This document shows positions 1-7,007 of a DNA stretch of 10,020 bases, one piece after another. The notes beneath the pieces were generated by a model. The model did no database searches. It was not told the DNA's origin and was given only the letters and a program-made list of their open reading frames with translations. A program made the translations under genes and the position numbers. The stretch is taken from assembly GCA_019057635.1 (NCBI GenBank), contig DXJL01000204.1:1-10020 (forward strand), written 5' to 3'. The stretch's first letter is position 1. Each line of letters begins with the position of its first letter. The stretch is from Candidatus Heimdallarchaeota archaeon (GTDB taxonomy: Archaea > Asgardarchaeota > Heimdallarchaeia > Hodarchaeales > Hodarchaeaceae).

Positions 1-94
1 CCTTATAAGAACCCCACTTTTTTGGAAGTCCTTCCATTGTTTCAAGTGAAATATGGCTAAATATTTCTAGATATCTCTGCAGCTGTTGACCCAC
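1..94 (-). CDS. Possible 5' end of a hypothetical protein running off the left edge (start GTG at 94 or ATG at 37)
   Basis: Open minus-strand frame from GTG(94) to the window edge: MGQQLQRYLEIFSHISLETMEGLPKKWGSYK. A TTTATAT TATA-like element lies at 101-107 on the minus strand. Too short to identify, and could be chance. Confidence 0.25.
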   Translation of the reverse strand, partial: MGQQLQRYLEIFSHISLETMEGLPKKWGSYK

Positions 95-135
95 CTATGA
101 ATATAAAGGGGAGTGGGAGTATCTAGGCTATTGAG

Positions 136-190
136 GAGAAGAAGAAAAATGAAGTTTGTCTATCGATGAAATGCACGATAGAAAAAATAG
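136..190 (-). terminator. Pyrimidine/T-rich tracts, putative archaeal terminator
   Basis: The minus strand reads T6 at 182-187 and TTTTTCTTCTTCTC at 136-149, just downstream of the TGA at 201-203. Confidence 0.3.
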
Positions 191-200
191 AATCAGCTAA

Positions 201-833
201 TCAATTTGCATGTGAGGTACTTGTCCTACGTATTTGTAGAAAAATTTGATGATTAACCAACATTTGGCGAATTAATTGGATAAATCTCTCAATTGTTTCA
301 GATTTAACATTATAACTTTCAATTTCAATTTCTGTTTGGGAAATTGTAGAAATCAATATTTTAGAATGATCTTCGACATGTATCCACTCTAAACGCCCCT
401 TATTATCAGTAGAAAAGTGGCCAACAAACCTATAATATCCAAAATATTTCCCTGCTAATCGTTTAACTAGGTCTTCAACCGGGATTTCCTTCTCAGAAGT
501 GATTATTGTGAGTATCTTTTACAGTTCCTTATTTTGTTCTTGATACTGATGAACAAGTCCCTGATTACCGAAATATTCTCGAACTTTGTCATAGGTTTCA
601 TTACCCAAACCATATCCCCCGTCTGGCGATTGTTGTATCAATCGATCCTCTTGAAGACGTTCTAAAGCTCGAGTTAATTTTTGTTGGTGAACATCTCTAA
701 GTAATCGCCGAAGACCATTAAAACGAAAATTATAGTTTTTTTCCCTTACAGATAACTCCTCTAGTACCGACTCTTCGAGACTCGATAAATATTCGGGAAC
801 GAAATCCGCACTTTCTTGTCTATATTCTTCCAA
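201..833 (-). pseudogene. Winged helix-turn-helix domain protein interrupted by an in-frame TAA at 519-521 (104 aa + stop + 105 aa)
   Basis: ORF 519..833 has a wHTH-like pattern (LEESVLEEL...FRFNGLRRLLRDVHQQKLTRALERLQEDRLIQQSPDGGYGL). I translated past the TAA by hand. The same frame stays open for 105 codons (KILTIITSEKEIPVEDLVKRLAGKYFGYYRFVGHFSTDNKGRLEWIHVEDHSKILISTISQTEIEIESYNVKSETIERFIQLIRQMLVNHQIFLQIRRTSTSHAN) to TGA at 201-203, with no start codon in its first 54 codons. The TTG start at 833 is preceded by SD-like GAAGTGA. Confidence 0.7.
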
Positions 834-869
834 ATTTACTCACTTCTTTCCTCATTAGTTCATCAATGT

Positions 870-915
870 GAAGAAAATAATAATTAGGGGTAGAGAATTT
901 TCCACCCCTCTAATT
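870..915 (-). terminator. Stem-loop plus U-rich tail downstream of hsp20
   Basis: Minus strand AATTAG-AGGGGTGGA-AAATTC-TCTACCCCT-AATT gives a 9-bp stem with one G-U pair, extendable through the AATT arms. It is followed by ATTATTTTCTTC and begins 11 nt after the hsp20 stop. Confidence 0.5.
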
Positions 916-926
916 GCACTCATTCA

Positions 927-1502
927 CTATTCTATGTTCAATTTATGTCTTTTCTCAGTAGTTTTTTGTTTTTTACTGTGTACTTCAAGAACTCCATTAC
1001 AGATCGTACTTTTTGTTTGCTTCGGTTCTATTTTCGAGGGTAAGTGTACAACTTGATTAATCTCTCTGGTATCAGCTTTTCCATTAATAGTTAACTCCAA
1101 ACCACTTTCGTCAATTTCGATATTCAAATTGTCTTTTGTAAACCCAGGAACCTCTACTATAATCTTTAAAGAATCATCTTCATCTAAAATATCAACGAAC
1201 CGATCCGAACTGGCAGATTTCGAGGATATTTGCGGCGTTTCACGATGTGTGGGAATCATTTCAAGTTGGGGTAGTCCTCTTTTCTCACGATAGTCATTTA
1301 AATTTCCCCATTGTCGGACTTCTGGTCTATAATCGGTTTCTGGCCCAATTCGCATAGAATATCCAAATGTAATCGGTCCATCCTCTGTGTATTCTCTATT
1401 CATTCCTTTAAGAGAAGTGTTGAATTCTTCATTAAATGATTTAAAAATGTCATTAAAGTCAAAATTCCAAAAATTATCAAAATTTCGTCTTTTTCGATTC
1501 AT
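927..1502 (-). CDS. hsp20: Archaeal small heat-shock protein, Hsp20/alpha-crystallin family (about 191 aa)
   Basis: Phe-rich N-terminus, archaeal Hsp20 signature GPITFGYSMRIGP...PEVRQWGN, alpha-crystallin domain (VDILDEDDSLKIIVEVPGF...NGVLEV) and a C-terminal IxI-like motif (LNIE). The ORF-track GTG (1511) is part of the AGGTGA SD, so ATG at 1502 is the likelier start. Confidence 0.93.
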   Translation of the reverse strand: MNRKRRNFDNFWNFDFNDIFKSFNEEFNTSLKGMNREYTEDGPITFGYSMRIGPETDYRPEVRQWGNLNDYREKRGLPQLEMIPTHRETPQISSKSASSDRFVDILDEDDSLKIIVEVPGFTKDNLNIEIDESGLELTINGKADTREINQVVHLPSKIEPKQTKSTICNGVLEVHSKKQKTTEKRHKLNIE

Positions 1503-1553
1503 ACATATCACCTTTTAGTAGTTATCTCTGATAAAAAATATATTCACGCATTG

Positions 1554-1570
1554 TTTATAAATTTTATGTT
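1554..1570 (-). promoter_or_regulatory. Putative TATA box (TTTATAAA) with A-rich BRE-like flank for hsp20
   Basis: TTTATAAA at 1554-1561, preceded on the minus strand by AACATAAAA, about 52 nt upstream of the ATG. SD AGGTGA at 1508-1513. Confidence 0.5.
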
Positions 1571-1727
1571 AGTGAATAAATCTATAATACTAGAATCTAA
1601 GGGTTTAATTCTGATTTTAAGGACAGAAAACACTTCTAATAAGTTGTGAATAAAATAATTCAGACATTTCAGTATACTTAGGCTTTTGAATTAATGTTCA
1701 GTATGCTAGTTTAAGGATATTTCTCTG

Positions 1728-2576
1728 ATGATTGATCCTCTTGCTGCTATACTCATGGCTCTATTTCAAGGAATTATTGAATGGCTTCCGATCTCCTCAG
1801 AAGGCCAATTATCATTACTATTTGTAACAATATATGGTCTCGATGAATTAGCTGCTGTAACACTAGCTCTATTTTTACATCTTGGTACAATGATGTCTGT
1901 CATCTGGTACTTTAGAAACGATTTACTAGAAATGGTTGACCGACATTCACCAATTTTGGAAATAATGATCCTCACCACAATTGGAACTGCTTTTACGGCC
2001 GTACCAATTGTATTAATCTTCAAGACTTATTGGGTATCCTTCACAACCAACCTTGTTATTCCTGCAGACCTTCTTTTTACAATAATTGTAGGAAGTTTGC
2101 TAATTCTTACAGGTTTAGTATTAATGCAACAATCAGATCAAGGTTCCAGAGAAATATATTCAGTAACACGAAAAGAAGCTTTGTTTCTAGGTCTCGCCCA
2201 GGGAATTGCTGCATTACCAGGCATTAGTCGAAGTGGGATGACGATTACATTCTTGCTTATAATCGGCATCATGCATAAAGATGCATTTAAGATTAGTTTC
2301 TTGATATCAATTCCCGCAGTATTAGGAGCCACATTATTAGAGTTTTTATTAGAAGGTTTTCGGATAAATTTTACTGGTATGACTGTCGGAAACGTATTTT
2401 TTCCATTCCCATTATTAGTCTTTTCAATCTTCTTAACAGCTATCATCGGAATCTTGATGATGGATTTATTACTCAAAATGAAGAAGATGCCTTACGATAA
2501 ATTCTGTCTTACCTTTGGTGCCGCAACTATTTTACTAGGTTTCTTGTTTTTCTTTATTAGAGTAGTGAGTGCTTAA
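1728..2576 (+). CDS. uppP: Undecaprenyl-diphosphate phosphatase (UppP/BacA family); probably a polyprenyl/dolichyl-diphosphate phosphatase
   Basis: 282-aa polytopic membrane protein with both BacA motifs, QGIIEWLPISSEG and AALPGISRSGMT, plus LHLGT and FKISFLISIPAVLGA. Confidence 0.93.
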   Translation: MIDPLAAILMALFQGIIEWLPISSEGQLSLLFVTIYGLDELAAVTLALFLHLGTMMSVIWYFRNDLLEMVDRHSPILEIMILTTIGTAFTAVPIVLIFKTYWVSFTTNLVIPADLLFTIIVGSLLILTGLVLMQQSDQGSREIYSVTRKEALFLGLAQGIAALPGISRSGMTITFLLIIGIMHKDAFKISFLISIPAVLGATLLEFLLEGFRINFTGMTVGNVFFPFPLLVFSIFLTAIIGILMMDLLLKMKKMPYDKFCLTFGAATILLGFLFFFIRVVSA

Positions 2577-3934
2577 TGACAATACTTACAACACATCTAA
2601 GCTTAGCAGGGATAGCTTTTTGGTCCTTTCTTTCTCCCACAGAGAAAAATAACTTTAAAGAGAAGAAATATCTTTTCTGGATTGTCTTAGTCTTTTCTAT
2701 CATCCCAGATGTTGACATCTTCTTGGGGATACACCGTGGGTTATCTCATAGTCTTATCCCTCCGACATTATTGGTCATTCTTGGGATTAGTATCCACATT
2801 TTGAATCAGTATAAAATTGATCTTGGAAATAATAGCCCTGGGAATCCAATTCACTATAAAAATGCTTTTAGGGGACGACTTTTCCTATACGCAGGCCTTT
2901 TATGGATTTTTCATTTATTATTGGACTTTGAATATCCCTTGGCGATTTTTTACCCCCTTTCTGATCGTCTTTATCAGCTTGATTTTGTTTATCTTCTTAG
3001 TTTAGTCCCATGGTTATTCTTTCCAGTTATGATAGTCGGTGCAGAATTTCATCTAACGAGTATCTCCTATTTAAGGGGAATTGCTAGTTATTTCGTCAAT
3101 CTACCCCCTTCTGAAAGAATAGAAGTTTTTGGGACAGACGTTATTGCAATACGCATAGACGATATTTTTATTCACTTGTTCCTCCTTCTAATCTTCCTCC
3201 AAGTCACGAGACCAATGTTACCCAAAATTTCAACGCAATGGGTTCGGACCCTAAGATCACGGATGGACTATGATGGCTATGTCATGACGACAGGAGTGGC
3301 ACTATTACTAATTGGTTTGGTCATGGGGCCTATGATTGGAACTCAAGTTATTGACTCTAGCTCGAATAATTCTTCTTTCAACATTTCACCCACATCTTTT
3401 GCTCCTTCTGTTGCATTGTCCATAGAACCAACTAATTATTTTTTCCAACCACAAACAATTATAAAAGTGCGTGGTTCCTTAATAGTTAAACCTCAGAGTA
3501 GTGACTTTGACCATATCCTACTAATTTCCTCTCAAGAACACTACAACTCCTTTAACCAAGATCTCTCCTCACTATTCAAGAATAACCCTCCCAATTCGAG
3601 CGAAAATCTCGCCTTGTTCAAGAGTAATTATTCGATTTTACTAGATCAGTTATATAGCACAGCACTGGCTATGAATTTTACAAACATTGATGAAACAACG
3701 ATCTATACACAAATTCTTAGCCGTCCTATAATTGTTGTAGGCATAATGGAAAACTGGAATGATTCACTGTTACTCAGTGGATATGAACAAAGTACGTCTG
3801 CTCAACTCACAATCACTGTTACAACAAGTCGTTTATCCCTTTTTATTATTGGTCTAGGGGCAATAGCTGTTGGATGTGTAGCAATCATCATTTCCGTTAA
3901 ATTAAAAAAGCATAATATCAATAATTTACCTTAG
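2576..3934 (+). CDS. Membrane-bound metal-dependent hydrolase (YdjM-like) with a C-terminal membrane-anchored soluble domain
   Basis: Motifs TH (N-terminus), PDVD-x6-HRGLSHS, HLLLD and FYP in a multi-TM N-terminal half. Its ATG overlaps the uppP stop (TAATG, 2574-2578). Confidence 0.8.
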   Translation: MTILTTHLSLAGIAFWSFLSPTEKNNFKEKKYLFWIVLVFSIIPDVDIFLGIHRGLSHSLIPPTLLVILGISIHILNQYKIDLGNNSPGNPIHYKNAFRGRLFLYAGLLWIFHLLLDFEYPLAIFYPLSDRLYQLDFVYLLSLVPWLFFPVMIVGAEFHLTSISYLRGIASYFVNLPPSERIEVFGTDVIAIRIDDIFIHLFLLLIFLQVTRPMLPKISTQWVRTLRSRMDYDGYVMTTGVALLLIGLVMGPMIGTQVIDSSSNNSSFNISPTSFAPSVALSIEPTNYFFQPQTIIKVRGSLIVKPQSSDFDHILLISSQEHYNSFNQDLSSLFKNNPPNSSENLALFKSNYSILLDQLYSTALAMNFTNIDETTIYTQILSRPIIVVGIMENWNDSLLLSGYEQSTSAQLTITVTTSRLSLFIIGLGAIAVGCVAIIISVKLKKHNINNLP

Positions 3935-3980
3935 ACTCATAATCAAATATTCACTGAAAAATACAATAGGTGCTGTACAT

Positions 3981-4166
3981 ATGCCTTCCTATCGTTGTCA
4001 AAGCTGTGGGAAAACAATATCTCCCATTCCACAACACTGTGGAAAAGATATGGTCATAGGGGAAATTAAAGGAGCTCCAAGCTTAATTTGTGTCAATGGT
4101 GAAGATTGTCATCATGAATCGCTCCCCAAATGCTGTAGTATGCCTGGTTACACACGGTGGATTTAG
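3981..4166 (+). CDS. Small Cys/His-rich metal-binding protein (zinc-ribbon/desulforedoxin-like, 61 aa)
   Basis: CQSC...PQHCGKDM...C-x5-C...PKCC. SD AGGTG at 3968-3972 and a T8 tract right after the stop. It fills the gap between two longer genes without overlap. Confidence 0.75.
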   Translation: MPSYRCQSCGKTISPIPQHCGKDMVIGEIKGAPSLICVNGEDCHHESLPKCCSMPGYTRWI

Positions 4167-4170
4167 TTCA

Positions 4171-4178
4171 TTTTTTTT
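4171..4178 (+). terminator. Oligo-T (T8) archaeal-type terminator
   Basis: TTTTTTTT starting 4 nt after the TAG of the 61-aa gene, at the point where it converges with the GGR gene. Confidence 0.45.
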
Positions 4179-5394
4179 AGTTAAGAAACGCATTTAAATA
4201 CTTAATAAATGGGAATGCAAGAGTCACTTTTAGTGGAACACGACAATGAACCACAGCATTCACATCTGACGATTTTAACCTATTAAGGTACCACTGAACT
4301 CGACTATCACGTCCCGATGATATTTTATCGAACAGTCGTCTTAATTTATATGCACGCGTGAACATTGTCATCATCTGTTCTTTCCATTTAGTCTGATAAT
4401 CAATAAGTGATCCATTTCCAGTCAAATAATTATGGATTGATTCAGCAGCAATAGATCCAGCTACCATTGATGTTGGTATACCACCTCCAACGCTGGAAAC
4501 AACTTGACATGCGGAGTCCCCTACTAATAGTGTATTTGACTGTTCATCAACAGTTTTTTTCAGTGGTAATCCGACAGGAACGAGACCTCCAATTGTCGAG
4601 TAGATTGTAGCTGACTGTAACAATTCACTTACGAACGGATGCTCTGAGGTAAAATTTTCTAATGCTTTGGATACTGTGATTTTACCTTTAGTCATGGGGG
4701 TTCGTAGTCCAACTCCTACATTCGCAGTATTTCCATTTTTCGGAATCACCCAAGCATAAGCTCCTGGAGCGTAGTTCTCACCGAAAAACATCTGTATATC
4801 TGTGGGATCATAATCTGGGGAATCTATGTTGGTCATTACATGTTGTTTAGCATAAACAAAATGCTCTGTGTTCCGTTTTTCAGATAGCCCAGTCCATCCA
4901 GCTATTCGGGATCGGGCACCATCTGCTCCAACAATTACTTGTGCTTTTATAGGTTCAGGAGTCGATCCTTCACGGGAAATCCAAACGGAATTCTTGACCT
5001 TGTTTACAGCTCGCGCCGAATTCCAAATCTGAGCTCCAGCTTTTTCAGCTGAAAGAAGTAAATCTTCATTCCAAACTCCCCGATGTAATGTATATCCTTC
5101 AAAGGGAGTTTGGATGATTTTTCCCGCTGGGGAATGAAAACTTATTCGGTTTGTCCTGGAAGCTATATATTTCGAGTCAAAGGTATAAAAATTAAGTGCA
5201 TTGGGAACATCAGGAGTAAGAATAGCCATTTCCTCTGGGGAGGGCATAAATTCTCCACATCGCACAGGGAAACCTGGTCGTTCTCGTTTGTCTATACCAA
5301 GTATTGAAAGGTCTTTACCTGCGATTTTTGTTAAGTTTTTCAACGTGGATGCTCCAGCTGGACCTAATCCTACAACTAGCACATCAACTTTCAT
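4177..5394 (-). CDS. Geranylgeranyl reductase family FAD-dependent oxidoreductase (DGGGPL reductase/MenJ-like)
   Basis: Rossmann motif DVLVVGLGPAG, then PVRCGE, IVGADG, APGAYAWVIPK, ANVGVG and LLVGDSACQVVSSVGGGI. The likely start is ATG 5394 (MKVDVLVVG); the ORF track extends to TTG 5412. Confidence 0.9.
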   Translation of the reverse strand: MKVDVLVVGLGPAGASTLKNLTKIAGKDLSILGIDKRERPGFPVRCGEFMPSPEEMAILTPDVPNALNFYTFDSKYIASRTNRISFHSPAGKIIQTPFEGYTLHRGVWNEDLLLSAEKAGAQIWNSARAVNKVKNSVWISREGSTPEPIKAQVIVGADGARSRIAGWTGLSEKRNTEHFVYAKQHVMTNIDSPDYDPTDIQMFFGENYAPGAYAWVIPKNGNTANVGVGLRTPMTKGKITVSKALENFTSEHPFVSELLQSATIYSTIGGLVPVGLPLKKTVDEQSNTLLVGDSACQVVSSVGGGIPTSMVAGSIAAESIHNYLTGNGSLIDYQTKWKEQMMTMFTRAYKLRRLFDKISSGRDSRVQWYLNRLKSSDVNAVVHCRVPLKVTLAFPFIKYLNAFLN

Positions 5395-5429
5395 GATAAT
5401 TGTTCCCAACAAAGACTAACAACGAATGT

Positions 5430-6998
5430 TCAAGACGAAATGAAGTTGTTTGCAGCGTTAACGGCAAAATCAAAAATAGCTCCCGGGATCACACCGATGA
5501 GAATAATTAGAATCACTCCAATTCCAATAGCCATTGCATATGACATTGGGATTCTGTAAGTTTTCATTGATTCAACATTGACTGTATGGGATTCAATTAG
5601 TTCTTCGGCTGGTGGATCGAGAATCATTAATTTTATTACTCGTATGTAATAAAAAACCGATATTGCACTGTTGATTACTCCAATTATTGCTAACCATATC
5701 AAATCAGCGTAAATAGCTGAGAAAAAGATAAACAACTTGGAAATAAATCCAGCTAGAGGGGGAATACCCATTAAACTTAGAAGAGCTATTGTCATTGCAA
5801 AGACTATCCACGGATGCCGTTTCCTGAGCCCAGCATAGTCATTAATATCCTCACTGCCTACAGAAAAGGAAACAACAATAACAACTGTAAAAGCAACAAT
5901 CTTCATCACAGCGTGAGTCAGAATGTGGAACTCAGCTGCAGCAATTGAAAAACTTCCTACAGTAATATCAATGAGTCCTGTAATAGCTGCTGCAGGTTCA
6001 TTTGCTGCGGCAGCTAATGATATCAGTATATACCCCGCGTGTGCTATACTAGAATAAGCCAACATTCTCTTGATATTCGTTTGTACCAATGCAACTAAGT
6101 TACCAAGTGTCATTGTTAAAACAGCTAATATAGCAAAGATCATTCCCCATATTTCTCCTAAATCTGTTAATCCCATAACAACAATTCGCATTATTGCAGC
6201 AAAACCCATCGCTTTGGATCCAGCAGCAAGAAAAGTTGTAATAGCTGTAGGGGTCCCTTGATATACATCCACTGCCCACGCATGGAAAGGAACTGCAGCC
6301 ATCTTATAACCAAATCCGACAAATAGAAACATCAGTGCCAATACATGCAAAGGAGAATAACTCGATAAATCTGCAAAAGATATGATCACTGTTTCTAGAC
6401 TCATGGGTGTGAGTGAACCTGTTGAGCTTGTGATACCATAAATGAGTGAAATTCCAAATAATATGAAGGCTGAAGACATTGCACCGATTAAAAAGAATTT
6501 CAACGCACTTTCGCTGGTTTCAGCTCTTGATTTCTGGTACGCTGCAAGAGAATATACTGGGAGAGAGCCCAGTTCCCAAGCTACAAATATTAAAAGTAGA
6601 TCATTTGCTGCAACTAGAACCATCATGCCAATGGTAGCCAAGATGAGAAGTGAGTAATAGACACCCAAATTGTAGTCGGTTTTCATATAGTCACTACTAG
6701 ATATGGCTACGAAAACTAATACAATGAGAAAGATAATTGCAAAGAATCGAAAGAAATCATCGATAACCAATAATCCGGAAGAATAGTTAATATCGAGGAA
6801 ATCATCAGGATTCCCAAAAAGATAAGAAATATCACCATTTACACTTATAATAACACTATAGAGTGAGAGAAATCCACCAATAATAGTGATGGGGGGAGTG
6901 AATCTCCTTGCTATATTGAATGCTTCAAGAAGAAGACATATGATCATAGTTCCTATTAATATTAGGAAGGGTAACAGTATAATGGCGATATTACTCAT
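5430..6998 (-). CDS. nuoN: Complex I-like (NADH/F420H2:quinone oxidoreductase) antiporter subunit N
   Basis: 522-aa hydrophobic protein with FVAWELGSLPVY, ESALKFFLIGA, GYKMAAVPFHAWAVDVYQG, GNLVALVQTNIKRMLAYSSIAHAGY and GIPPLAGFISK. Its SD AGGTGA overlaps the nuoM stop codon. Confidence 0.93.
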   Translation of the reverse strand: MSNIAIILLPFLILIGTMIICLLLEAFNIARRFTPPITIIGGFLSLYSVIISVNGDISYLFGNPDDFLDINYSSGLLVIDDFFRFFAIIFLIVLVFVAISSSDYMKTDYNLGVYYSLLILATIGMMVLVAANDLLLIFVAWELGSLPVYSLAAYQKSRAETSESALKFFLIGAMSSAFILFGISLIYGITSSTGSLTPMSLETVIISFADLSSYSPLHVLALMFLFVGFGYKMAAVPFHAWAVDVYQGTPTAITTFLAAGSKAMGFAAIMRIVVMGLTDLGEIWGMIFAILAVLTMTLGNLVALVQTNIKRMLAYSSIAHAGYILISLAAAANEPAAAITGLIDITVGSFSIAAAEFHILTHAVMKIVAFTVVIVVSFSVGSEDINDYAGLRKRHPWIVFAMTIALLSLMGIPPLAGFISKLFIFFSAIYADLIWLAIIGVINSAISVFYYIRVIKLMILDPPAEELIESHTVNVESMKTYRIPMSYAMAIGIGVILIILIGVIPGAIFDFAVNAANNFISS

Positions 6999-7007
6999 AT
7001 TTTAATT

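Noticed and set aside
519-521. Selenocysteine, pyrrolysine or alternative-code reading of the internal stop
   Set aside because: The codon is TAA, whereas Sec uses TGA and Pyl uses TAG. uppP, GGR and nuoL in this window end normally at TAA.
911-930. TTGCACTC resembling a CIRCE half-site (and GTTAG at 1568-1572 resembling an HSR1 half-site)
   Set aside because: In both cases the matching second half-site at the correct spacing is absent.
868-1056. 62-aa plus-strand ORF
   Set aside because: It is antisense to the hsp20 3' end and runs through the hairpin, with no recognisable motifs.
1766-3005. Short ORFs 1766..2023, 2030..2227, 2138..2476 and 2817..3005
   Set aside because: These are shadow or alternate-frame ORFs inside uppP and the YdjM-like gene.
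5400-5412. TTGTT-CCC-AACAA mini inverted repeat upstream of the GGR start
   Set aside because: A 5-bp AT-rich stem with a 3-nt loop is too weak to distinguish from chance.
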